64,000 nt of DNA from the human T2T-CHM13v2.0 reference genome, Homo sapiens, in NCBI RefSeq assembly GCF_009914755.1, contig NC_060931.1. The stretch is one strand, 5' to 3'. Positions 36,151 to 55,048 of this stretch are shown here, one piece after another (position 1 is the stretch's first letter; every line of letters starts with the position of its first letter). The notes under the pieces are model-generated. The model saw nothing but the letters and a program-made list of their open reading frames with translations. It did not search any database and was not told the DNA's origin. The position numbers and the translations under genes are program-made.

Positions 36151-36273
36151 GAACAAGAGAAGAAAAGAAAACTCGGTACAGACATGGCAGATACAAGATG
36201 AGCATTCTATCACTTCTGAAATGTGGCTAAGTATAAGGGTAGAAATGAGACCAAGCAAGGAGGGAAAATTTTA

Positions 36274-36611
<338 letters not shown>

Positions 36612-36631
36612 TTAAATTATTTAAGAAAAGC

Positions 36632-36634
<3 letters not shown>

Positions 36635-36663
<29 letters not shown>
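36635..36663. repeat. (TG)14 microsatellite
   Basis: Perfect TG run. Confidence 0.95.
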
Positions 36664-36666
<3 letters not shown>

Positions 36667-37454
36667 AGTGTGTGCCATAAGTGAGGTCTGGAAAGTTGCA
36701 TCCCAAAATGTTAGCAGTGACTATATCTGGCTAGTAGAATTGCTAATTATTTTTTGCTTATCTTCATTTTCTATCATAAATATTTACCATTTTTACAAAA
36801 GAACCAATAAAACTGACCTGGCCGCAGAAGGTTTTCTATGTAAATTACACTTTCAAATTCATACCACGCATGGGATTGTATAATATTGCTAGCTCTTTCT
36901 AGCAATTAATAAGCAGGTCACATGGCCCCAGGTTATCTGAGTCCTAGTTCTGCTTCTCCCCCATCTCAGTTATGAACTTCCAGAACATTTGCAGTGAACA
37001 TTAGGTAAGTACAGTGATACAATAGCTCCCTGGTTCCTGCTGGCAGGATTCATTCAATTGTGAGCTCAGAAAAGAGGTCAAGTTCCATCTCATCCTTCCT
37101 TCATTTATTCATTCAACTGTGTTTACTGAGGCAGGCCCCATCCTAGGTGCTGAGAGCAAAAGCGCGAGCAAACAGACCTGGCTTGACCTCATGTCACTTA
37201 CTGAAGCAGAGCTCTGCAAGGCCCATGTTTCACACCTACAGAGAAGACTAAATATTATTACATACTCTTGCAAGCACTGTGGCCCCATTTTGTTTCCTTT
37301 GAGTTTCCACAGTTAAAAATGTCTGGGTCAACCCAAAATATCCTTTTTTGGATACGTGAATTTTTTTCTTTTTATTTAACATAAATACTACATACACAAG
37401 GCAAGCGACACACATTCTGCTGGACTTTTCATCTTTCACTTAAAAATCTACCTT

Positions 37455-37770
<316 letters not shown>

Positions 37771-37875
37771 TTAAAAATCATATTATGTCAGTAAACACTC
37801 TCTTTTGCATATCAGCAAGTATAAATACTTTTCTAAAAGTGAAATGTACATTTGTGATTGTGATAGACATTGCTA

Positions 37876-38296
<421 letters not shown>

Positions 38297-39129
38297 AAGG
38301 ATATCTCATTTTAGTTTTCATTTTCATTTCTATTGTAAGTGCAGAACATTCTTGAATGGGATTAAAGAGCCGTTTTGCTAAAAGCCTGTTTACTGCTACC
38401 AAACACAATCTCTTTAAAAGACAAGGACTGCAGACTCTCCAGAAAAAAAAAAAAAAAAAAAAAAACACCATGCAACAGCAGGCAGTATCAATCTGTTCTG
38501 AACCACCACTGTGAAGCAATTGACTGTGCTTTCCACCTATAACCTGAGGATTCAAAAGCTGCTTTCTGGACCACAGCGGAGAAATCTCAGAGGAGAACAA
38601 AACCAACATTTGAGTGCTTGCTATACACCAGGCACCAAGCTCTCCAGGGATTCTCGTTCAATCCTCCTAACATGTTTAATCCAGGAGGCTCTGAGAGGTT
38701 AAGTGCCTGCTCAACCTCACATAAACAGGAAATGGCAGAGGAGAACTTGAACCCAGCCCTAGACCCAGGTGTTTGTGCACTACACCACACAAAAGCTACG
38801 TGCGTGGGATGATATCATAGCTCACTCTCGAAGGCTCACTGGATGCCTCCTGCGATGCTGAGATGGTTAATGTCCATTCAGCTGCATCCTGAGATTCATC
38901 GGCTAAGTGGCCGTCTCTGGAATTTAGTCATGACCTTCTAAGTAGAAGTATACTACAGGATTGCCCATCTATGGAGCCCAAATGAATATAGGCTTCAAGA
39001 TTTCTTATGATGTCAGCTTCCCTTAAGACACACCCATCACATAAGATTCAACATTGCATTAACTTGTACAATTATTGAAGACACGCTTGTCACAAGCACC
39101 TAGAACTGTTCAGAGATTTAAATATTGTT

Positions 39130-39420
39130 GTCAGGCGTGGTGGCTCATGCCTGTAATCCTAACGCTTTGGGAGGCTGAGGCAGAAGAGGGGCTTGAGTCC
39201 AGGAGTTCCAGACCAGCCTGAGCAACACAGCAAAACCTTGTCTCTACAAAAAATAAAATTAGCTGGGCTTTGAGGTACATGCCTGGAGTCCCAGCTAGTT
39301 AGGAGGCTGAGGCAGGAGGATTGCTTGAGCCCAGGAATTGGAGGCTGCACTGGGCTATGATGGCACCATTGCACTCCAGCCTGGGCAACGAAGAGAGACT
39401 TGTCTCTAAATAAATAAATG
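39130..39420 (+). mobile_element. AluJ
   Basis: J diagnostics. Confidence 0.87.
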
Positions 39421-39530
39421 AATACAGTTAGTAAGACCCAAAAAAAGGGCTAGGAATTGGTGCACCCAGTGTCTGGGTAATAGAGATTTGTTCAGGCAAA
39501 CCAATCTACTCCCATGGTATGAGGAAGTAA

Positions 39531-39860
<330 letters not shown>

Positions 39861-39903
39861 TGAGGGAACATATCTTTCAAAAATGTTATTAAAGTGAGCC
39901 CTA

Positions 39904-40190
39904 GCTGGCAAAGTGGCTCATACCTGTAATCCTAGCACTTTGGGAGGCCAAGGTGGGAGGACTGCTTGAGCCCAGAGGTTTGAGGCCAGCCTGGGCAATA
40001 TAGTGAGTCCCCATGTCTACAAAAAAGTTTTTTTTTTAATTAGCCAGGTGTGGTGATGTGCGCCTGTAGTCCCAGCTACTTGGGAGGCCAGGGTGGGAGG
40101 ATGGCTTGAGCTCAGGAGTTTGAGGCTGTGGTGAGCTATGATTGCACCACTGCATTCCAGCCTTAGTGGCAGAGGAAGTCCCTGTCTCTT
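39904..40190 (+). mobile_element. AluJ
   Basis: J diagnostics. Confidence 0.87.
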
Positions 40191-40194
40191 ACAC

Positions 40195-40400
40195 GAAGAA
40201 AAAAGAAGGGAAGAAGAAAGAAGAAGGAGGAGGAGGAGAAGAAGAAGGAGAAGAGGTAGAAGAAGGAGAAGAAGGAGGAAGAGGAGGAGGAAGAGGAAGT
40301 GAGGAGGGAGGGGGGAGGAAAAGGAGAAGAACAAGAGGAGGAGGAAGAGGAGGAAGAAAGAAGAAGAGGAAGAAGAAGGAGGAGGAGTAGGAGGAACAGA
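40195..40400. repeat. Polypurine (GAA/GGA)n low-complexity tract
   Basis: About 200 bp that are almost purely A/G. Confidence 0.95.
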
Positions 40401-41204
40401 AGATTGTAGAGGAAGTAAATGCCAAAGGTCAGGTGAGTACAGACTCAAAGTCAGGTCAACATTTCTGCTTGAGCCCAGGAAGTCGAGGCTGCAGTGCACC
40501 ATTGCACTCCAGCCTGAGCAACAGAGCAAGACCTTATCTCTCAAACTAACATAAAGTGAACTTCCAAGCAACCCTCCTCCTCACATGTGGTGCTACCTAC
40601 AGCAGAGCTACTCAGGGTGTGGTGTGAGAACCCTTTGCTACTGAGCCACAAGATAATCACAGAAATCAGGAATAAGCATTTAGAAACTTTTATAGCAGTT
40701 TGGCAGAGTAATTTTATGCCTGTTGAATCTGATAATGAAAAAATGGGGGCTTGTAAACATTTTTTATTAAAGCCATTAAAATGAAGAAGTGTTTTAACAC
40801 GTGACAAGTGCTCACACCACAGGGGTTGTAATGACTCAGGATAAGGAAGCTCAGGCATCTATTGCATGATGAAGAATTTCCGGGGCCTCTATGTGCCAAG
40901 CCATGCACGGCACAAAGCACCTTCGCAGTGGATTGGCACTGCCATCTGCCACACTTTCTCTGAAAAACGTCTTTGGCAAATGTGGAACTACCATCTCACA
41001 ACTGTTGCTATGGGAGGTTGTACTAAAAATGTGCAAAATGGGTTTTTTGGATAGAAACTTCGTTCATCATCTCAAGAAGGGGCAGAGTCTCTGAGAAAAT
41101 AATTGAAGATTTATGTCACATACTCCAGAAATCTGTATCCAAAACATCGGAGCGGCCAAATTCCAGAGAGCTGTCAAGAATTCCTAAGGATATGCTAAGT
41201 GAAA

Positions 41205-41430
41205 TAAACCAGACACAAAAGGCCAGGATTGTATAATTCTGCATGCAGAGCCCAGGATAGCGGGGAACATAGGGAGCAAATGTTTACTGCATACAGAGTT
41301 TCTGTTTGGGACGATGAAAAAGAACTGGAAATGGATAATGGTAACAGTTGCACAACATTGCACATGTATTAAATGCACTTAAAATGCTTAAAATAGCAAA
41401 TCTGTATGTATACTTTACCACAATGAATAA
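41205..41430 (+). mobile_element. L1MB-type 3' UTR fragment
   Basis: ATGCTAAGTGAAATAAACCAGACACAAAAGG..CAGAGTTTCTGTTTGGGACGATGAAAAAG. Confidence 0.8.
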
Positions 41431-41484
41431 CTAAATAAGAATTCGCGAGGTATTTTCTGAGAACTCATTGTTTATTAAAAAGAG

Positions 41485-42085
41485 GGCCGAGTGCAGTGGC
41501 TTACACCTGTAATCGCAGCACTTTGGGAGGCTGAGGCAGGAGGCTTACTTGAGCCCAGGAGTTCGAGCCCACTCTGGGCAACAAAGCAAGACTCCCATTT
41601 CTACAAAAAAAATTAAAAATTAGCTAGGCATGATGGCACACATCTGCAGTCCCAACTACACCAGAGGCTGAGGTGAGAGAATCGCTTGAGCTTGGGAAGT
41701 CGAGACTGCAGTGAGCCATGTTCACACCACTGCACTCCAGTCTGGATGACAGAGCAAGACCCTGTCTCCAAAAAAAAAAAAAGAGAGAGAGACCAGGTGC
41801 AGGGCTCACACCTGTAATCCCAACACTTTGGGAAGACAAGGCAGGCGCAACCTTGAGGCCAGGAGTTCAAGACTAGCCTGGGCAATATAGCAAGACCTCA
41901 TCTCTACAAAAAAATTAATTAGGGAATTAGGGATGCTGGCATGTATCTGTACTCCCAGATACTCAGGAGGCTGAGGCAGGATTGCTTGAGCCCAGGAGTT
42001 AGAGGCTGCAGTGAGCTATGATCGTGCCACTGCACTCTCAGCCTGGGTAAGAGCAAGATCCTGTCTTTAAAAAATAAAAAAAAAA
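41485..42085 (+). mobile_element. Two tandem AluJ (41485-41782; 41791-42085)
   Basis: J diagnostics. Confidence 0.87.
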
Positions 42086-42090
42086 CCCAA

Positions 42091-43461
<1,371 letters not shown>

Positions 43462-44509
43462 AAAAAAAACCCACACGGGTCATCCTGTCTGGATCTAGTT
43501 ACTGTACTTGTAAACCAGAAATATACCTTTTGCTCATGGGGAAAAACCATGGGGTAAAGAAAGCAGATTGTTTCAAACTTAAAAAACAAAAAAAGCAGTC
43601 AGGAATTCTACCAGCATTAAAACTCCAGTGATTCTTAGTGTCATCTAACATTCCCATTGATCATCGAAATCTTACTGAAATTTTCCTCGCTCCCAAGCAA
43701 AATCCGTCTCCTCACTGATTGCCTGAGCTGATTCAGCAGATCAGATTGGCTGGGTGAGACCCTATCTTCGTGTGCAAGCTCCAAACACCCTGCATATAGT
43801 GGAGGAGGGTGTCATTCAATTCTATTTTCCACTTAAGATATATAAGCAAAAGTTTCCTTTCATGGAGTCTGCAAACAAGCTCTCCACAAACTCTTCTCCA
43901 TAAATCTCAGCAGTTTTATATTCTTCTGAGACTCCTACATCTTTCTGCATCTCTTTAGCTCATTGTTAGAATAGATGTTCTCCAAATATCCATTTACTAG
44001 CTTCTTTTGTCTCTCTGTATTCTTTCCTGGAAAGCCCATGCTCCCCCTTAGCTGCAGTAAGCCACATCTTTCTCACTATGATTCTGATTTTTTTTCTTTC
44101 CAGCCTGAAACCCACATTTCTGACTGCTCACAAGCGCTTCAAGCTCTGCATGATCGAACGTATATTTCTTCCTCAATCGGATCTTGTGCTGGGCACTTCT
44201 GTAGAAGTGCCTTTTGTAAAAGGCACCAAGATGTATCTTCTCAGTAGCCCAAGCTTAGGAGCTCCTGCACTCCTGTGATATCCCTCCAAGTCCTTCCCCT
44301 GCCCTCTGGTTTTCCTTCCCTCCATCCATCTGGCACGTATCTGATTAGATCACTCCCTGGCCCATGTGAAGTGTCGAGAACCAGGGTAATAATTGTTCAG
44401 CCTTTGCAAACATTAGAATATCGTAGTTCCAAGAACCTCAAATCATCACAAATCAGAGGTTAGGGAAAGCTCCAGTATGGGAAGCTGGAACTTGCCTGGA
44501 ATTCAATAA

Positions 44510-44842
<333 letters not shown>

Positions 44843-45126
44843 CTGAAATGCCAAACCTAAAGACACCATTCCAGTGCTTAGGGAGCAGTGGCGATTACAA
44901 TACATCCTTCCAGCATTGTAAGATGGAGGTCAGCACCAGCATCAGAAAAAGTGGAAGGAGTTGGAGCCTTGGTAGATAGGATGGGGGCAGCTATTCAGGC
45001 TCTCCTCATGTACTGAGCATCATTTATGTGCCAAGCATTATGCTAGGGAGCTAGAGACAGAAAACCAAGTCCCAGCCCTTCAAGGAATTCCCATTCCAAG
45101 GAAGAAACATAAAGTTGCAATACAGG

Positions 45127-45710
<584 letters not shown>

Positions 45711-46284
45711 GTACAATATAGGATGATCTTGCTTCACTAGAAATAAACACAGGACACCAAACAGCAGACAGCAGAGGCCCCAACACTGAGAACTTGGGAG
45801 GGGTGGTAGAGACTGTGGATGACTTCACAGAGGCTGCCACCTCCAAGGTTTGAGCTGGGATTGAAAGGATAAGGGAAGAGCCTTCCAGGAAGAGGAACCA
45901 CACGGGCCAAGTGGTGACGGGAGCATGGGATCTTAGCAAGTATCTGGTGTGACAGCATGGTCATGAAGGGGAGTAGCAGGAAATGAAGCTAGAGAGGTAC
46001 TGGGAGCCAGGACCACACAAAACTTTGTATAGCAAGCTAACCCAGACCCTTAACCTTCACCTGTGATCTCTCGAGCAAGGATTATAAATCATCAACAATT
46101 AACCTTTAGGATGGATGTCAATGTAGACACCATCAAGTCCAGTTCTCTCATTCCAAAGGCTGGGAAGGGAGTTACAGTGAGAGGAAGGCGTTCTCCCTGT
46201 ACCTTCCAATAATCCTTGCATATTCCACTACATTATGGAATTAAAAACCCCCACACACAGAGTCTCCATGAAGAGCTAACCGTA

Positions 46285-46586
46285 GGCCAGGCATGGTGGC
46301 TCATGCCTGTAATCCCAGCACTTTGCAAGGCCATGGTGGAAAGATTGCTTAAAACCAAGAGTTTAAGACCAGCCTAGGCAACATAGTGAGTTCCCGTTCT
46401 AGAAAATTTAAAAAAACTAATCAATTGAGAATGATGGTGCATGCCTGTAGTCTCAGCTACTAGGGAGACTGAGGTGGGAGGATCGTTTGAGCCTAGGAGT
46501 TCAAGGCTGCAGTGGGCTACGATTGTGTCACTGCACCCCAACCTGGACACCAGAGAGATACCCTGTCTTAAAAAAAAAAAAAAAAA
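46285..46586 (+). mobile_element. AluJ
   Basis: J diagnostics; flanking AAGAG.TAACC. Confidence 0.87.
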
Positions 46587-46929
46587 GAGTTAACCATGCA
46601 AAATAGACTCGATGACAGGAGACGGGTGGGGAGGCTCCAAGGCATCTGCTCCAGGTACTGCTCTCGAAAGCAAGCCTTATGGAAGAAATTATCAATTGCA
46701 GAAAGAATAGATTGCCCAAAGGCTTAACGAGGAAAAATAAACACCTTTCAAAGACAAGCCTAGCACTATCTGTGAGCCATCCCCAGGCACAGGCACCCAA
46801 TGCCAGAATGTGTTAACAGCACTTAATACTTTCATAGCCCTAGCCAGCCCAAAGATAAACAAGTAGCCTTAGTCATAATCAGAACAAATGGTCAAATACA
46901 GGCATATAACCTCTAAATTCAAAATTTTA

Positions 46930-47280
<351 letters not shown>

Positions 47281-47426
47281 TTACTCTTTTTATTGTTTGT
47301 ATATTTATTTCTGCAGCAGTAAAAGGGATTCTTAGCACAGTATGAGGGCTAGAGGATACAAGAAGGTTGTACTAACTAGCTAGAGATGGTGGGGGTGTGA
47401 TTAAGCACTAACTTCACTTGTTTGGG

Positions 47427-48153
<727 letters not shown>

Positions 48154-48230
48154 TAAGTTTCCCTGAATTGCCCAGCACACTACCAGGCACTCAGGGTGTT
48201 TGTAGGCTCCCTAACCATGAGTCATACCTC

Positions 48231-49045
48231 TGTGGGAAAGTGATTGCAAAAATAGCCACAATGACTCACATTTCTGAATCTAGGTGCCTTTCCACACCTG
48301 CTCTGGGCTTGCCAGGTGACTTGTTTTGACAAATAGCACATGGCAAATGTGACACAAGCAGACCCCCACAGAGGGCTTCTGTATTGAAGTTTTTCCCTCT
48401 TTGGTTATTCTTGTGAATCCTCCACCATAGGAATGAGCCTGGGCTAGCCTGTTGGATGATGAGAGACACATGGCCAAGTCATCTTACTGCCCCCTAGCTG
48501 ACATGGAGCCAACCCCAGACATGTGAGAGTGGTCACCCTAGGTCATTCGACCTCAGCTGAGCCAGCTGGGCCACTCTAAGAACCACCCAGCCAAACCACA
48601 GAATCATAATGGTATGGTTTGGCTCTGTGTCCCCACCTAAATCTCATCTTGAATTGTAATATCCACATATTGAGGGAGGGACCTGGTGGGAGGTGATTGG
48701 ATCATGGGGGCAGATGTCCCCCCTTGCTGTTCTCTTGATAGCGAGTGAGTTTTCACAAGATCTGATGGTTAAAAGTGGCAGCTTCCCCTACACTCTCTCT
48801 CTCTCTTCTGTCATTATGTAAGACATGCCTTGCTTCCCCTTCACCTTCCACCATGGTTGTAGGTTTCCTGAGACTCCCCAGCCATGCAGAATTGTGAGTC
48901 AATTAAACCTCTTTTCTTCATAAATTACCAAGTCTCCGTATCTTTATAGCAGTGTGAAAATGGACTAATACACATGAGAAATCACAAATGTTTGTTGTCT
49001 TAAGGCCCTACATTTGCAGTGGTTATGCAGGAAAAGCTAACAAAA
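48231..49045 (+). mobile_element. MLT1F/G-like MaLR LTR split by MSTA
   Basis: TGCAAAAATAGCCACAA..GTGACTTG..GCCTGGGCTAGCCTG..AGAACCACCCAGC. Confidence 0.7.
48610..48972 (+). mobile_element. MSTA solo LTR
   Basis: TG.TATGGTTTGGCTCTGTGTCCCCACC...GGACTAATACA; TSD CATAA/CATGA. Confidence 0.9.
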
Positions 49046-49386
49046 TTACTGCTTAGATGTTAGGAATTCCTGTTTTATGGCCTCAGGTCTCTCCTTATTC
49101 AACATGAGAGATCAATAGAGTAACATCAAAATGAGGACTCTGAAAGCTGTACGCCTCAGAGAGGTCTCTCTTAACTACTGGAAAATTTCATAATCTATCT
49201 TTTAGATACCTCGAGTCAGGGCCAACATGAAACTCATTATATTCCCCACAAAACCAAACAAAAATTTTTCTTCTTGGTGCTCTGTTCCCAATATGTGAAA
49301 CAGGAGCATTCTTGTCAACTCTTTCCTCTTATTTACCCTCTTAACCAATCAGCCACCAGGTCCTGTCAATTTCACCTCTTAAACAT

Positions 49387-50120
<734 letters not shown>

Positions 50121-50431
50121 TGTAGTATTTCCTTCACTTCTCTGTGCTTCAGTTTCCTTAATTATAAAATGGGAATACTCAAACGTGAATGCCCCTTCCC
50201 CCTTATCCTCATTATTTCTACCCCATGGAAGTATCTTATTCTGTCCAATCAACACTATTGCAACAGCCCCTCAGCAATCTCCTGCCTTCAGAATGTTCCC
50301 CCTACAATGCAGCTTTCCCCTGAGCCAGCTACTTCCCTGTGAAAACGCTTCAGCACATCCTGTTGTCTATGGGATAATGACCAAATGCCTTAATAGATCA
50401 CATAAATAGATCTTAATAGATCACCCCTTCC

Positions 50432-50863
50432 TGATACAGTTTGGATGTATGTCCCTCCCCCCGCCACAAACCTCATATTGAAATGTAATCCCCAATGTTG
50501 AAAGTGGGGCCTGGTAGGAGGTGACTGGGTTATGGGGGCGATTTCTCATGAATGGTCTAGCACCATCTGCCTTGGTTCTGTCCTCATGATAGTGAGGGCG
50601 TTCTCCTGAAATCTGGTCATTTAAAAGTGTGTAATGCCTCCCACTTCAGGCTCTTGCTCCTGCTCTGGCCATGAGATTAGCCTACTCCCCCATTGGCTTC
50701 CGCCATGATTGTAAGTTTCCTGAGGCCTCCCCAGAAGCTGAGCAGATGCCAGCATCATGCTTCCTGTACACCTGCAGAAACATGAGGCAATAAAATTTCT
50801 TTTCTTTATAAATCACCCAGTCTCAAGTATTTCTTTATAGCAATGTGAGAATAGACCCATACG
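50432..50863 (+). mobile_element. MSTB/MSTB1-like solo LTR
   Basis: TGATACAGTTTGGATG..CCAGAAGCTGAGCAGATGCCAGC..CTTTATAGCAATG. Confidence 0.88.
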
Positions 50864-51064
50864 ATTCCCAAGCCAGCCTCCTCTCCACTGCCATTTCCAT
50901 TTCTATCATGTTCCATATCTCACTGAGAGTTCCCCCATCATGCCAGGCTGCTTCATGCCCCAGGGCCTTTGCACATGTGATTTCACAGACACAGAATGTC
51001 TGTCTCCTTTGTTCCCTTTTTGAGTTTCTATTCACCATAAAGCTCAACTCAGAAGTCACATTCT

Positions 51065-51222
51065 GGCCGGGCACGGTGGTGCATGCCCACAATCCCAGCA
51101 CTTCGGTAGGCTGAGGCAGGATAATTGCTTGAGTCTAGGAGTTCAAGGCTGCAGCGAGCTATGATCATGCCACTGCACTCCAGCCTGGGTGACAGAGCAA
51201 GACCCTGTCTCTTTAAAAAAAA
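51065..51222 (+). mobile_element. Alu monomer (FRAM-like)
   Basis: Single arm with A tail. Confidence 0.85.
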
Positions 51223-52041
51223 TCCATAAAGGGCAAAAATTGATGAAACTTTGTGCACCCTGTGTGAAAGAAAAAGAAGTTCCATCCTTATATAAAGCAC
51301 CCTCCCAACTCTACCCCAGAAGTTAATCCCTTCCCCCACAAAATCACTGTGCTTTGCACATTCCTTGAATTTTGCAGTTATCACACTATATTACAGTGGC
51401 CTGTTAATACTTCTGTCTCCCCCACCTTCCCAAAACCTTCCTACAAGCTTCCTTATTGCAGAATCTGCAACAGTAATGAGTATATAATAAGCATTCAAAA
51501 CAAAAATTTGTCTAAAGTGAATGAAATCTTAGCATCTTCCCTTTTTCCTTACAATAAGGAAGCTTTGTGGATCTGTCATTAGTGACTTCTTAATGCAAAT
51601 AAGCTCATTTTACAGAGTTTTGAACAAAATTGTGAATGCAGAATGTATAAAGTCTTTAGAGTTGAGATTTCTGTTTGAGATGCATCCTTTTCGATATTCG
51701 TACCCCCTGGTGAATTGTGTTAGTCTAGTTCTATAAAGCAATGTACATCTTCGACCCTCAGGAAGGAGTTCTAAGAATAAGGAATTTGATAACTCCCACA
51801 GAAAATTTTACATTCTGATAAATGTTCTGATAAAATAAAGGAATGGGAGATATGAAGACAAGCAGCAGATTCCAAGTTCGGAAGAGATTGTAACACTGTG
51901 GATGCACCACATAAAATCTCCTAAATCCCTTTCTGAGTGGGTTGATGTATTGGCAAGAGCACAAGTATCAGAGATGAGAGGACTGAAGTCAAGTCTTTGC
52001 TACTATGTAGCTCTGTGACCACTAGAAACTCTCATAACTTC

Positions 52042-52592
52042 AGCACTATCCACAACAGCAAAGACATGGAATCAACCCAAATGCCCATCAATGATAGACT
52101 AGATAAAGAAAATGTGGTACATATACACCATGTACTATGGAATATGGAATATGTACTATGTATTATGGAATACAGAATACTATGCAGCCATAAAAAGGTG
52201 TAAGAGCATGTCCTTTTCAGGGACATGGATGGAGCTGGAAGCCATTATCCTCAGCAAATGAATGCAGGAATGAAAAATCCAATACCACATGTTCTCCCTT
52301 ATAATTGGGAGCTAAATGATGAGAACACATGGACACATGAGGGGGAACAACACACACTGTGGCCTGTTGAGAGGGGGCAGGGGGAGGGAGAGCATCAGGA
52401 AGAATAGCTAATGGATGCGGGGCTTAATATCTAGGTGATGTGCTGGTCTGTGCAGCCAACCATCATGGCACCCGTTTACCTATGTAACAAACCTGCACAT
52501 CCTGCACATGTACCCTGGAACTTAAAATAAAAGTTGAAGAAAATAATAATAATAATAAAGTATACAGGATTCCTGAAAAAAAAAAAAAGAAT
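52042..52592 (+). mobile_element. L1PA15/16-like 3' end with a short 3' transduction, inserted in a MIR
   Basis: L1 3' UTR, two A-rich tails, TSD GAAA.TCTCATAACTTC (52025-52041, 52593-52609). Confidence 0.88.
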
Positions 52593-53490
52593 GAAAGTCT
52601 CATAACTTCTCTTTCCTCCTCTTTAAAATGAAAGTGTTGGATCAAATTATTTCGAAGTCCTATTAAATTCCTATGGGTCTGACACTTTGACAATGATTCC
52701 TAAATCTGCCTAGGCATCAACATCAGGTGGGAAGCTTTATAAATCCACAGCTTCCCAGTCTCCTTCTCGAAGGTTATGATTGCACTGATTTGAAGAGAAG
52801 TCTGGGAATCTCATAGTTTTAGAAAGCCCCAAAGGGTGATTCTAATGCAAAGCCCGGTTTGGAAGCTTAGCCACCATATAAAAACTTTGCTAACTTTTTT
52901 CAGCTCCATCTACCACCTACAGAAGAATGTTGTCCAGTGGGAATATATCTCTGATTTCATAATAATGGCTAAAAGGAAACATAGGATTCACTTTACATGA
53001 AGTCTCCTTAGGGGCACTTTACTGGAACGTATCTATTGCTCAAATATGGAAAGTACCTCTATGGACTTGTATTTCGATACCTGTATGATCACCATTTTAA
53101 GCATGTGATGTGGTATCATCGTCAGCAAAATGTTTTTCTTTTAAACCCATCTTAGTTTTTTCATGAAAATCAGTGCAAAAACAATTATTTCACTAGACAT
53201 TTACAGCCACCACCCAGGAATGTGTCTACATTGTAAAGAAAGATATATATTTGTAGCATAAACAAATAGCAGGATTAAAACATATTATCTATACTTAGAT
53301 GGTACACTGTATAGATGATAGATAACATATCGTCTATACAGCGCACCTTGAGGAAGTTTGTAGCAGACACTATACCTGCCTAACCAACTTCACCATCTTC
53401 TTTAGGGCCTACTCATTCCAGTCAATGCATCATGGTGGGTCTAAGTTAATTTTGAAAATTCTATTTCCCCGTACAAGATACTAACTGTCG

Positions 53491-53752
53491 TTTTTAAGAG
53501 ACAGGGTCTCATTCTGTCTTCCAGGCTGGTGTGCAGTGGTGCGATCATAGCTCACTACGGCCTTGACCTCCTGGGCTCAATCAATCCTCCCGCCTCAGCC
53601 TCCCAAGGAGGTGCAACCACAGGTGTGCACCACCACGCTGGGCTAATTTTTCTTTATTTTTTGTAAAGATGGGGTCTCACTATGTTGCCAAGGCTGGTCT
53701 CGAACTCCTGGTCTCAAGCGATTCTCCCACCTTAGCATCCCAAAGTGCTGGA
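53491..53752 (-). mobile_element. AluJ
   Basis: J diagnostics; 5' end missing. Confidence 0.87.
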
Positions 53753-54062
53753 ACAAGATCCTAATTCTGCAGCCCCTCTTGCAGCTGGGGACAACCATGT
53801 GATCTGTCTACAGACAATGAGACTCAAGAACCAGTCTGTTAGTGCACTCCTGGGAAATAACTTTTCCCACCTTGATAAAAAGCAGATACTTTTTGTTACC
53901 CGCATCACTGCTTCCTTCCTTAAATGCAAAGGGCCAATAGTTGATGACCATGAGGCGCTAAGCCAAAGGCCCACATCTCCATACCCAGAGATGGCAGAGT
54001 AGCAAATGAAGTCACAGCTCCACAGATTTTTTGTCATGTGAGACAATTAAGAATCTTTATCG

Positions 54063-54352
54063 GGCCAGGCATGGTGGCTCACGCCTGTAATCCCAGCACT
54101 TTGGGAAGCTGAGGCAGGAAGATCACTTGAGCCCATGAGTTTAAGACCAGCCTGGGCAACATAGCAAGATAACACTCTACAAAAAAAATATATAAATTAG
54201 CTTGGCATGAAAGCATGCACCTGTAATCCCAGCTATTGAGGAGGCTAAGGCAAGAGGATCACTTGAGCCCAGAAGTTGGAGGCTGCAGTGAGTTATGATC
54301 ATGCCGCTGCGCTCCAACCTGGGTGACAGAGCAGGACCTTATCTCTTAAAAT
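54063..54352 (+). mobile_element. AluJ
   Basis: J diagnostics. Confidence 0.87.
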
Positions 54353-54658
54353 ATAAATGAATATGTGAATATATATAGCCATGTTGCTACCATTAAAAAT
54401 ACATCTTAACTAAATCCATTTCTGGTCAGGGTTAAGTACCATCAGCAGGAAGCAACAGGCATATTTGGGGTCATTTCAAGAACTGCTTTTCAAGAACTGC
54501 TTGAAGGATGGGAAAAGGGTGGAAGGATGGGGCAAGATGGGGGCTGTATAGCATTTATGGATAATGCTTGAAAGTTACAGGAAGGAATAAAAATGGCTTT
54601 GAGTTTATCAACTGCCAAGATTCTCAAGTAGGAGAATCTTTACGATGAAAATGTGTAA

Positions 54659-55048
<390 letters not shown>

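Noticed and set aside
40017-40571. Leu/Ser-rich and Glu/Gly-rich ORFs
   Set aside because: Translations of the polypurine tract and adjacent Alu.
54473-54502. Short direct duplications (TTTCAAGAACTGCTT x2; also 11220-11243, 25486-25506, 3655-3686)
   Set aside because: Ordinary replication-slippage duplications with no further structure.
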